DNA of 64,000 nucleotides from Clostridia bacterium (GTDB lineage: Bacteria > Bacillota > Clostridia > Oscillospirales > CAG-272): positions 268 to 64,267 of the forward strand of contig JAFTLQ010000016.1 of assembly GCA_017455905.1 (NCBI GenBank), read 5' to 3'. Below are positions 19,316 through 27,136 of the stretch, piece by piece. The first letter of the stretch is position 1. Each line of letters starts with the position of its first letter. A program made the translations under genes and the position numbers. The notes under the pieces are model-generated. The model made no database searches and had not been told where the DNA came from. It was given only the letters and a program-made list of their open reading frames with translations.

Positions 19316-19356
19316 AAGGGCTGTTGCGTTTGCAACAGCCCTTCATCTTTTTGGTT
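19316..19356 (+). terminator. intrinsic terminator ending the 6041-19282 operon
   Basis: 12-bp stem aagggctgttgc / gcaacagccctt with loop gttt, followed by catctttttggttttt. Confidence 0.75.
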
Positions 19357-19406
19357 TTTCTATCATCTGAAACTATCTTTTTGGCTTTTCTATCATCCGA
19401 AGCTAT
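19347..19406 (+). repeat. 30-bp tandem duplication (2 units, 3 mismatches)
   Basis: ctttttggtttttctatcatctgaaactat / ctttttggcttttctatcatccgaagctat. It ends 5 nt before the RBS gaaaggaggg of the next gene. Confidence 0.8.
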
Positions 19407-19425
19407 GTGAGAAAGGAGGGAACGT

Positions 19426-21006
19426 ATGGTTGAAGTGACCGTGCTCGTGCCCTTTCCGTACGATGAAGCCACCGTGCGGCGCGCTGTTTGTGAGGCGCTT
19501 CCCATTCGGGACGACGAGCTTCTGTCCGTTACGGTGCGCAAGGAAACGTTGCTCACCGAGGACAAGCCGCGTCTGTCGTATCGCTTGCACGTTGGCGTGA
19601 CGGCCGCGCGCGATAAGGAAGAGGGCCTTTTAAAAATGCGAAAAAAGGTGCGACTCGTCCCCTCCGTATCGCTCCTGCTTCCCAAGAAATCACCCGCCGT
19701 ACGCCCCGTCGTCATCGGCGCCGGTCCCTGCGGCTTGTTTTGCGCGCTCGCCTTGGCTGAGGCGCAGGCGCGTCCTATTTTGCTGGAGAGAGGCAGCCGC
19801 GTGGAGGAGCGCTCGCGCTCGGTGGATACCTTCTTTCGGAACGGCGTGCTGGACGAGGAAACCAACGTAGCCTTCGGAGAAGGCGGCGCCGGTACCTTTT
19901 CCGACGGAAAGCTGAAGTTTGGCACGCGCGACGCCTACGTGGAAAAGGTGCTTGCGACCTTTATCGCACACGGCGCACCGCCCGACATCCCGTACCGTTC
20001 GCATCCGCACGTCGGCACCGATCGGCTGGTCGGTATCGTGCGCGGTATCCGTCAACGCATCGAGGCGCTTGGCGGCGAGGTGCGCTTTGATACGCGCGTG
20101 ACGTCCATTCGGGAGCAGGATCGACACGTGCAAGCGGTGCATACCGTCGATCGATACGGCAGAGAAGAGGAGATCCCCGCCCACGCGGTATTCCTCGCCA
20201 CGGGGCATAGCGCCCGCGACGTATATCACATGCTCAAGACGCTGGGCGTGCGTATGGAGGCCAAGGGCTTTGGCGTCGGTGTTCGCATCGAGCATCCCGC
20301 CGCATGGATCGACCGCCTCGTCTTCGGCGGAGAACAGCCTCGGCTCGGGCACGCACCGTATCACCTCGTTACCCACCTGCCGAACGGGCGGAGCGTATAC
20401 AGCTTCTGCATGTGTCCCGGCGGACAGGTCATATGCTCGTCCTCGGAGCAGGGCGGTATCGTGACCAACGGTATGAGCGAATACCGCCGCGACGCCGACG
20501 TTTCGAATGCCGCTTTGCTCGTGTCCGTGACCCCCGAGGACTTTTCGTCGGAGGATCCGCTGGCAGGTATTGCATGGCAGCGATCGATCGAGCGGGCGGC
20601 CTATCAAGCGACCGGAGGCTTCCGCGCGCCTGCGGTGCGTCTTTCCGACTTCCTTCTTGGCCGCGTTTCGGAGTCGTTCGGCGCTGTGCGTCCGAGCTTC
20701 CCGCTGGGAACGGCTATGGTTCCGTTTTCGTCCTTTTTGCCTGATTTTGTCATCCATTCTTTACAAAACGGCCTTCGTTCCTTTGATGAATGGTTGCCTG
20801 GATACGCCTATGTGGACGCCGTCCTGACAGGGCCGGAAACGAGAACGACCTCGCCCGTGCGCGTTGTGCGCGACGCGGCCACCTTGGAATCGGTCACCCT
20901 TCACGGGCTTTACCCCTGCGGGGAGGGCGCCGGCTACGGAGGCGGCATCGTGTCGTCGGCCGTCGACGGACTGCGTGCCGCGCAGACCTATCTGCTGAGC
21001 CTTTGA
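19426..21006 (+). CDS. FAD-dependent protein (COG2509-type NAD(P)/FAD-dependent oxidoreductase)
   Basis: Dinucleotide-binding motif VVIGAGPCGLFCALALAE. Also GAGTFSDGKL and C-terminal LYPCGEGAGYGGGI, which are typical of this conserved clostridial family. Confidence 0.75.
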   Translation: MVEVTVLVPFPYDEATVRRAVCEALPIRDDELLSVTVRKETLLTEDKPRLSYRLHVGVTAARDKEEGLLKMRKKVRLVPSVSLLLPKKSPAVRPVVIGAGPCGLFCALALAEAQARPILLERGSRVEERSRSVDTFFRNGVLDEETNVAFGEGGAGTFSDGKLKFGTRDAYVEKVLATFIAHGAPPDIPYRSHPHVGTDRLVGIVRGIRQRIEALGGEVRFDTRVTSIREQDRHVQAVHTVDRYGREEEIPAHAVFLATGHSARDVYHMLKTLGVRMEAKGFGVGVRIEHPAAWIDRLVFGGEQPRLGHAPYHLVTHLPNGRSVYSFCMCPGGQVICSSSEQGGIVTNGMSEYRRDADVSNAALLVSVTPEDFSSEDPLAGIAWQRSIERAAYQATGGFRAPAVRLSDFLLGRVSESFGAVRPSFPLGTAMVPFSSFLPDFVIHSLQNGLRSFDEWLPGYAYVDAVLTGPETRTTSPVRVVRDAATLESVTLHGLYPCGEGAGYGGGIVSSAVDGLRAAQTYLLSL

Positions 21007-21020
21007 CGCATTCTACGTAT

Positions 21021-21059
21021 AAAAACGGCGCTGTGCCCGGGGGTACAGCGCCGTTTTTG
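21021..21059. terminator. bidirectional terminator between convergent genes
   Basis: aaaaacggcgctgt ... acagcgccgttttt: a 10-bp stem flanked by an A-run and a T-run. Confidence 0.75.
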
Positions 21060-21064
21060 TATTG

Positions 21065-23071
21065 TTATTTCGTCAGCATCCATGCCGCCATTTTGCTTTC
21101 CTCGGAGAACAGCTTGCCGGCGGAGGCGTAGTCGGTGACCGTCATATACGAGCCATCCTGCAGAGGAATACCAAGCTCCAGGATGTGCGCGTAAGGCGCC
21201 GTGTCCTTCGTCGGGATGCGAACGGCGACGGTGCCGTCGGCCTCGATCTTGATATCGGCGGGCTCGTCGACGCTGTAGCCTAAGCGGTTTTCCTGTGCCA
21301 GCACCAGCGGACCGCGCGTCAGAGCGACGTGATGCTTGGCCATCGGATCCTCCTCGTCATAGGTCGGGATGACGTAATGCTTCTCCCATACGACCTCGTT
21401 CATGAGGATCTGGTGACCGTAGGGGATCGGACGGTGGACGTAGGTCGTCATGTCAAGGTCGAGGGTGACCGTGTCACCGTCGTGCCACTCGCGATCGATC
21501 GTGAGATAGCCGGCCTTCGCCTCCGTGGCTACACCGCACACACGCGCGGATGTCCTGTGGCTCCAGGCGGGGATGCGCAGCTTGAGGGTAAATGCCTCGG
21601 GTGCGCACGGATGCATCGTTACGGTAATGCGTCCGTCCACAGGATACGCCGTGTCGACGCCAATGCGCAGCGGATTGCCGCCGGGTGTTGTGGCATCCAT
21701 CTCGCCGTTAAAATACAGATTGAGGGCCAGACCGTCGTCGAAGGAGAGCAGCGTCATCTTAGGCACCAGGCCAAAGCCGGCGGCACCGATGCAGGCACAG
21801 CAGCCGTAATAATGTCCGTCGGACATGAATTGCAGACCGCCAATGCCGTTTCCGCGTGTTCCTGCCGTCAGCGGGTTGTAGCTGTCGAAGGGAAGTGCCT
21901 CGGCAAAGAGCTGCTCGGCCGTGCGAAGATTGCGCTCGGGAGAGTTCCATTCGTCGAGAAGCGTCGGTTCGATCTGCTTTTCGGTGTTGACGGCGCCAAG
22001 GTAGGCGTTATACAGCGAGGTCTCAAAGGCGTCCACGTACTTGGGATCGCCCGTCAGACACGTCAGCTGATACATGAATTTCATAAGTGTGACGGTCACG
22101 CAGGTCTCCTGCTGGATGCGGCCGTTGTTGGTGTTGGCCTGACGCACGGTGGAATGGTCAAAGAGCTCGTGCGTACAGCCCGCACATCCGATGATGGTAA
22201 AATCGCTCTCCAGCACGCGATCGGCAAAGCGGATAACGGTCTGACGGTGCTTTTCGATGCCCGTCACGCGATAGTATTCCAAAAGTCCCTCAAAGCAGGA
22301 GATCATCTCATACGCCTTCGTCAGAGGGTACTGATAGGGATACAGCTTGTTGCGGTGCGCGAGATCAAAGATGTTGACGATCTCCGAGCCGCCCTCGGAA
22401 ACGATGTACGTGGCAAAATCAAAATATGCCTGCTTGCCCGTCAACGTATACAGACGCACGAACGGCTCCAGAATGGAGGAGGAGTTCATGCCGCGCCAAT
22501 GGCGTGTCGTCGAGTTGATGGGCTTTTTGCCCTCGGCCTCGTCGCCGACCGCGCTCATAATGTCGTCGGCCTGACGGCAAAGGCTGTCCAAAATATCGGC
22601 ACGCAGCGCGTCGTCCTCGCAGATCTCGTAGAAATATTCCATGCCGAGTAGCACGTATTTGCGTCCCCACATATCCCATCCGTCATAGGCGCGATCGGGC
22701 GCATAGGTGCTCAGACGTCCGCGCACGCGATGAACGTCCAGCATATCGCGCACCGTGTCGGTCAGCGTGGCGTACAGCTCGTGATTTTTGGTATAGGCGT
22801 ACGTAAAGCACGCGCCGCGCATCATCTTGCCCCAATATTCGCAGCGCCAGGCGAGTCCGCGCCACGTCTGTGCCAGACTGTCGGTGTCCGAACGGAATTG
22901 GTTTACAAAGCGCTGCCACGTAGCAGCGTCCAGCAGCTGTACGCGCTCAATGAAGCGTGTCGCTTCATCGATCGGGCCGCTGAAGCGGTATTGATTGCTC
23001 GGGTCGGTAAAGAGGCGGTCGGTCGCAAGCTTGGACGCGTCCGCGCTCGGCGTGCGATATACGTTGCGCAT
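21065..23071 (-). CDS. GH127-like (DUF1680) beta-L-arabinofuranosidase family protein
   Basis: 668 aa. QETCVT (a Glu-x-Cys motif) and a later YYGCCACIG cysteine pair match the Zn/Cys catalytic arrangement of HypBA1-type GH127 enzymes. No signal peptide is present. Confidence 0.7.
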   Translation of the reverse strand: MRNVYRTPSADASKLATDRLFTDPSNQYRFSGPIDEATRFIERVQLLDAATWQRFVNQFRSDTDSLAQTWRGLAWRCEYWGKMMRGACFTYAYTKNHELYATLTDTVRDMLDVHRVRGRLSTYAPDRAYDGWDMWGRKYVLLGMEYFYEICEDDALRADILDSLCRQADDIMSAVGDEAEGKKPINSTTRHWRGMNSSSILEPFVRLYTLTGKQAYFDFATYIVSEGGSEIVNIFDLAHRNKLYPYQYPLTKAYEMISCFEGLLEYYRVTGIEKHRQTVIRFADRVLESDFTIIGCAGCTHELFDHSTVRQANTNNGRIQQETCVTVTLMKFMYQLTCLTGDPKYVDAFETSLYNAYLGAVNTEKQIEPTLLDEWNSPERNLRTAEQLFAEALPFDSYNPLTAGTRGNGIGGLQFMSDGHYYGCCACIGAAGFGLVPKMTLLSFDDGLALNLYFNGEMDATTPGGNPLRIGVDTAYPVDGRITVTMHPCAPEAFTLKLRIPAWSHRTSARVCGVATEAKAGYLTIDREWHDGDTVTLDLDMTTYVHRPIPYGHQILMNEVVWEKHYVIPTYDEEDPMAKHHVALTRGPLVLAQENRLGYSVDEPADIKIEADGTVAVRIPTKDTAPYAHILELGIPLQDGSYMTVTDYASAGKLFSEESKMAAWMLTK

Positions 23072-23150
23072 AGGCAGTTCCTTTTCGTAGGTAGTATTTG
23101 TCGGGGGGCGAATGCCCCATGAAGTATTATATCAAACGGACGCGCCCTTG

Positions 23151-23990
23151 TCAAGGGATTTGTTCGCGTGCCTTGGACGGCGCATAGCCCATGGTCCGCC
23201 GAAAGGCGCGAGAAAAATATGCCTGGCTGCTGAAGCCGAGGTAGGCCGCCGTTTCCGTCACGCTCTTTCCGTCCCGCAGCATGACGAGGGCGTAGCGGAG
23301 CTTGAGGTGCAGGAAATATTCGTGAATGCCCATATCCGCATACCGACGGAACAGGCGCTTGAGCCCCGAGCGGCTCGTGCCAACGGCGCGGCAGAGGGTG
23401 TCCGTGTCGGGATTTTCGCATACGTGCGCATGTAGGTAATCGGCCGCCGCCGAAAAGGCCGCCGCCTCCGATACGCGCGAGGGCGTGCGCGTCGTCTCGC
23501 TTTGCCGCAGAAGCAAAAAGAGCTGTGTGATATAGCTGACGGCGACGGCAACGTCGATCGCCCCCTCGTTGCTCACCGTAAGGTACCAGCCGCGTGCGGC
23601 ACCTTCCGTACCGTCGTGCCGAGCGAGGTAGCGGATGAAGTCCTCCACGACGTGCCGCTCCTCCTCCTGCAGCGCAAACACCTTGTCCCGAAAGGCCGCC
23701 GCCCCCTCCCCCGTCATATCAAAGGAGAAAATGAGCAGCCGCGCGCCCTGCGGCTCGTCAACGTGAAATTTGTGGATCTCCATGGGCTTGTGAAACACGA
23801 TATCGCCGCGCGTCAGCTCGTATACACGGTTGTCCGCCGATACGCTGACCGCGCCGCGCACGACGTACACGCATTCCCAAAAATCGTGCAGCTCACCGGG
23901 AAAGGAGAAGCCGCGCGGATAGTCCTTGAGAAACAGCGTGATCATGGCAGGAATGAAGATGTCCTGTCGGTTGGTAAATCGGTAATACAT
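23151..23990 (-). CDS. AraC-family transcriptional regulator (cupin + HTH)
   Basis: The start is MYYRFTN with RBS ggagga. The N-terminal cupin reads GELHDFWECVYVVRGAVSV...HKPMEIHKF. The C-terminal AraC HTH reads FSSQAYFSRAFRRTMGYAPSK. The 362-aa ORF-track version is an upstream over-extension. Confidence 0.85.
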   Translation of the reverse strand: MYYRFTNRQDIFIPAMITLFLKDYPRGFSFPGELHDFWECVYVVRGAVSVSADNRVYELTRGDIVFHKPMEIHKFHVDEPQGARLLIFSFDMTGEGAAAFRDKVFALQEEERHVVEDFIRYLARHDGTEGAARGWYLTVSNEGAIDVAVAVSYITQLFLLLRQSETTRTPSRVSEAAAFSAAADYLHAHVCENPDTDTLCRAVGTSRSGLKRLFRRYADMGIHEYFLHLKLRYALVMLRDGKSVTETAAYLGFSSQAYFSRAFRRTMGYAPSKAREQIP

Positions 23991-24112
23991 ATATCCTCCG
24001 CATTTGAGCCAAAAAGGCATATATTTGACCCATGTGTGTATTGCCATGTGGTTTTGGTTGCTATATAATAAGTATATCATAAAATTTCGATTTGTAAAGA
24101 GGGAGATATCCA

Positions 24113-25351
24113 ATGAAAGAGCTTTCTTTTTCCGTTTGCGGATGCGGCTGCCGCGGTACGTGGCTGACCGACAACGTGCTGACCAGCCTTGAGGACGTGA
24201 CGATCGTCGCGGTTTGCGATCCGTACGAGGATAAGGCACAGGACCTTGCCGACCTGATCGAAAAGAAGGGCTTCGCTCGCCCGCAGGTCTTTACTGAGCA
24301 TGAGGTGATGTTTGACACCGTGCCTACCGATGCCGTGTTGGATGCTACCTCGTGGGAGGCACACGTGCCCGTAGCCGTGGCCGCTATGCGCCGCGGGATC
24401 GCCGTCGCTATGGAGGTCGGCGGTGCGCAGAGCGAGGAGGAATGCCGCGAGCTGATCCGTGTGCAAACGGAGACCGGCACGCCCTTTATGCTGATGGAAA
24501 ACTGCTGCTACGGCAAGGAGGAGCTGCTGGCGACCTCTTTGGCGAGAAACGGTAAATTCGGCGAGATCGTCTACTGCCAGGGTGCTTACGCGCACGATCT
24601 GCGCGCCGAGGTCGCCTACGGAGAGAAGAATCGTCACTATCGCATCAAGCATTATTCCACCCGCAACGGCGAAAACTATCCGACGCACGAGTTTGGCCCG
24701 ATCGCCCGCCTGCTTCATATCACGCGCGGCAACCGCATGCTCAAGCTGTCCGCCTTTGCCTCCAAGGCACGCGGCTTGCACGAGTACGTGCAGGGACGCG
24801 AGGATCTCGCCCATCTGAAGGATTTTGCCTTCACGCAGGGTGACATTGTCGAAACGCTCATCACCTGCGAAAACGGCGAGCTTATCCGCATCCGCCTGGA
24901 TACCACCCTTCCGCGCTACTATTCCCGTGAATTCACCGTTCGCGGTACGCGCGGCCTTTACAATCAGGATGCCAACATGGTGATGATCGAGGGCGACGGA
25001 GCAACGGAATATTTCAACACCGCGGAAACCATCAAGGCAAATATCAACAACGCCGACCGGTATGATGACTATCTGCCTGCCATCTGGCGTGACGTCGATC
25101 CCGAGGTGCTGGAGAAGGGACACGGCGGCATGGACTGGTTCGTCTTCATGGCCTTCGTTGACGCCCTGCGAGAGGGAAAGCCGATGCCCATCGACGTCTA
25201 TGACGCGACCGCTTGGATGTGCATTACCTACCTCTCCGAGCTTTCGATCAAAAACGGCGGCACCCCCGTCGACGTTCCCGATTTTACCGACGGCGCATGG
25301 CGCGACCGCGCCCCCGTCGACGTCGTCGAATTCCCCATCCTTAACCGCTAA
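24113..25351 (+). CDS. Gfo/Idh/MocA-fold NAD protein, GH109-like
   Basis: The Rossmann start is CGCGCRG. AMEVGG replaces the usual EKP motif. MLMENCCYGKEELL...FGEIVYCQGAYAHDL resembles NAD-dependent GH109-type glycosidases as I remember them. No signal peptide is present. Confidence 0.6.
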   Translation: MKELSFSVCGCGCRGTWLTDNVLTSLEDVTIVAVCDPYEDKAQDLADLIEKKGFARPQVFTEHEVMFDTVPTDAVLDATSWEAHVPVAVAAMRRGIAVAMEVGGAQSEEECRELIRVQTETGTPFMLMENCCYGKEELLATSLARNGKFGEIVYCQGAYAHDLRAEVAYGEKNRHYRIKHYSTRNGENYPTHEFGPIARLLHITRGNRMLKLSAFASKARGLHEYVQGREDLAHLKDFAFTQGDIVETLITCENGELIRIRLDTTLPRYYSREFTVRGTRGLYNQDANMVMIEGDGATEYFNTAETIKANINNADRYDDYLPAIWRDVDPEVLEKGHGGMDWFVFMAFVDALREGKPMPIDVYDATAWMCITYLSELSIKNGGTPVDVPDFTDGAWRDRAPVDVVEFPILNR

Positions 25352-25354
25352 AAA

Positions 25355-25400
25355 CAGATACCGCTCCGCCGATAAGGCGGAGCGGTATCTGTTTTGGTTT
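25355..25400. terminator. strong bidirectional intrinsic terminator
   Basis: 16-bp perfect stem cagataccgctccgcc / ggcggagcggtatctg with loop gataa, flanked by an A-run and ttttggttt. Confidence 0.85.
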
Positions 25401-25409
25401 GTACGATTA

Positions 25410-25609
25410 TCAAATAGAACCTTTATCCATAGCCATATGTTCATCTGTGCTTTTTGGATCAAATTCGGGGAAACAAAGCAAAAAGTAGTCGCACTCGTCG
25501 CAACAACACGCAAAGCCTTGCTCTCCGTTGCCAAGACAAACGGTAGGCTCTCCCGGCGTAAGCTCGACGCCGGTAATATCGATTACCTTTTTTGAATATT
25601 CTTACTCAT
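25410..25609 (-). pseudogene. Cys-rich 66-codon mini-ORF interrupted by a -1 frame change in an A6 run
   Basis: RBS aggggga plus the ATG at 25609 gives MSKNIQKR-stop. Shifting -1 within caaaaaagg (T-run 25588-25593 on the plus strand) reads on as KVIDITGVELTPGEPTVCLGNGEQGFACCCDECDYFLLCFPEFDPKSTDEHMAMDKGSI and ends in a tga-taa double stop at 25410. The total length is 200 nt, which is 3n+2. Confidence 0.45.
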
Positions 25610-25628
25610 ATATCCCCCTATCAGCCTA

Positions 25629-25658
25629 TAAAAAGGTGCGCAACCGAAGCCACGCACC
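25629..25658 (-). terminator. intrinsic terminator/attenuator hairpin on the minus strand
   Basis: The minus strand reads ggtgcgtggcttcggttgcgcacc followed by tttttat. It sits between the palindromic element and the mini-ORF RBS. Confidence 0.55.
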
Positions 25659-25681
25659 GAAAAACGCAAACTCCAAGTTGT

Positions 25682-25839
25682 CGCCAAACGAACTTATACG
25701 CAGATAGGTATATTCACACTATCAAACGGGAGTCGCATTTTTACCAAATGGTTATCGTTTAATAGTGTGCGAAAAAAGGTATAACTATCCCATAAAGAAA
25801 AAATATACCTATCGGTGCGATTATTAAGTTCGTTTGGCG
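25682..25839. repeat. 158-bp nested imperfect palindrome (three concentric arm pairs)
   Basis: Arm pair 1: cgccaaacgaactta (25682-25696) / taagttcgtttggcg (25825-25839). Arm pair 2: gataggtatatt (25703-25714) / aatatacctatc (25802-25813). Arm pair 3: cacactatcaaacg (25715-25728) / cgtttaatagtgtg (25756-25769). Confidence 0.8.
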
Positions 25840-25844
25840 TGTTT

Positions 25845-25873
25845 ATTATATCACAATTTTAGCAAATTGTAAA
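25845..25873 (-). promoter_or_regulatory. near-consensus sigma-A promoter reading into the palindromic element
   Basis: The minus strand reads TTTACA, 17 nt, TATAAT, with TGA immediately upstream of the -10 (TGnTATAAT). The predicted transcription start falls a few nt before arm 25839. Confidence 0.55.
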
Positions 25874-25956
25874 TACTTTTCAGGGAAATTTATAAAAGCG
25901 CTTTTCGAGAAAAGCACGAATTGATAATATCATCTTTTATACCTCCCGGAAGGTAG

Positions 25957-26003
25957 CAAAAAGGCACTTATGGAACAGCTTGCCATAAGTGCCTTTTCGT
26001 TAT
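25957..26003 (-). terminator. terminator of the 29952-26115 operon (bidirectional hairpin)
   Basis: 14-bp stem aaaggcacttatgg / ccataagtgccttt with T-runs on both strands, about 110 nt past the stop at 26115. Confidence 0.75.
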
Positions 26004-26114
26004 TTTGTCACTCGTTTTGTGGTCCTTAGGTTAGGCATACGAAGCACGGCCTTTGCAGACACAAATGCGCGAAAGTGAAGCTGCTCAGCGAACCCCATGG
26101 CAGTGAAGCTTGAT

Positions 26115-27122
26115 TCAAGAAATCGACACGGGTGTGTCATTGGAACGGTGCGCGGCGAGGAAGATATCGTGCGCCGCACGTGCGCTCACAAGCGACACGG
26201 GCATAGGATCGCCACCTTCCAGCGCTTCGTAGAAGCGAGGGATCAGGCACGCGTGGCCGCTGCCGTAGCAGGCCTTGCCGACGAACCAGCGATCGTCCTC
26301 CGTCTTTTCCACCGTTTCCGCATCGATATAGAGATACGGCATACGGATCTCCACGGTGTGATGGGCGGTGAAGAGCAGGATGGAGGTAATATCCTTTTGC
26401 GCGACGGAGGCCGTCGTGGCAAAAAAGCTTGCCTGCTTGCCGCTGTCGAAGCGGATAATACCCTCGCAGGTGTCCTCCACGTCGTTGACGTCCTTCAGAT
26501 GGTGATTGGCGCAGGTGGCGATGACCTCGGTCGGCTTGCCAAGGCATTGGCAGAGCAGGTCGATGGTGTGGATGGCCTGGTTGACCATGACGCCGCCACC
26601 CTCGGTGGCCATTCGTCCGCGCCAGCCGCTCTCGGTGTAGTATTCCCGCGTGCGCTGCCAAATGACCGTCGCGGCCGCCGTCTGTATGCCGCCGTCGGCA
26701 TCGCACAGCTCCTTGGCACGCAAAAACGCAGGGCTGAAGCGGTTCTGAAAGCAGACGCACACGCGGCCGCGGCTGTTTTTCTCCGCTTCGATCAGTGCGT
26801 CCATGTCCTCGGCGGTGATCGCCATCGGCTTTTCAAGAAAGACGTGTATATCCCGTGCGAGCGCGGCCTTCGTCATGGGAGCGTGCAGGTAGTGCGGCGT
26901 GCAGATGTGCACCGCGTACAGCTCCTCCTCACGGAGCATCGTGTCAAAATCGGTGTAAACACGCGCCTGCGGGAAAAAGGTGTCGCGAGCCTGCTCGGCA
27001 CGCTCGATGCGCACGTCACACAGTGCGCAGACACAGATCCCCTCGACCGAGAGCAGCGCGTGCAGGTGATTGCTGCTGACCGTTCCGCATCCGACGAGAG
27101 CTACACGTTTGGTCGTTGTCAT
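26115..27122 (-). CDS. Gfo/Idh/MocA family oxidoreductase
   Basis: Rossmann motif VALVGCGTVSSNH, EKP motif (FLEKPMA) and a C-terminal alpha/beta domain (GGGVMVNQAIHTIDL). Confidence 0.85.
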   Translation of the reverse strand: MTTTKRVALVGCGTVSSNHLHALLSVEGICVCALCDVRIERAEQARDTFFPQARVYTDFDTMLREEELYAVHICTPHYLHAPMTKAALARDIHVFLEKPMAITAEDMDALIEAEKNSRGRVCVCFQNRFSPAFLRAKELCDADGGIQTAAATVIWQRTREYYTESGWRGRMATEGGGVMVNQAIHTIDLLCQCLGKPTEVIATCANHHLKDVNDVEDTCEGIIRFDSGKQASFFATTASVAQKDITSILLFTAHHTVEIRMPYLYIDAETVEKTEDDRWFVGKACYGSGHACLIPRFYEALEGGDPMPVSLVSARAAHDIFLAAHRSNDTPVSIS

Positions 27123-27136
27123 ACCGCTGCCCTCGC

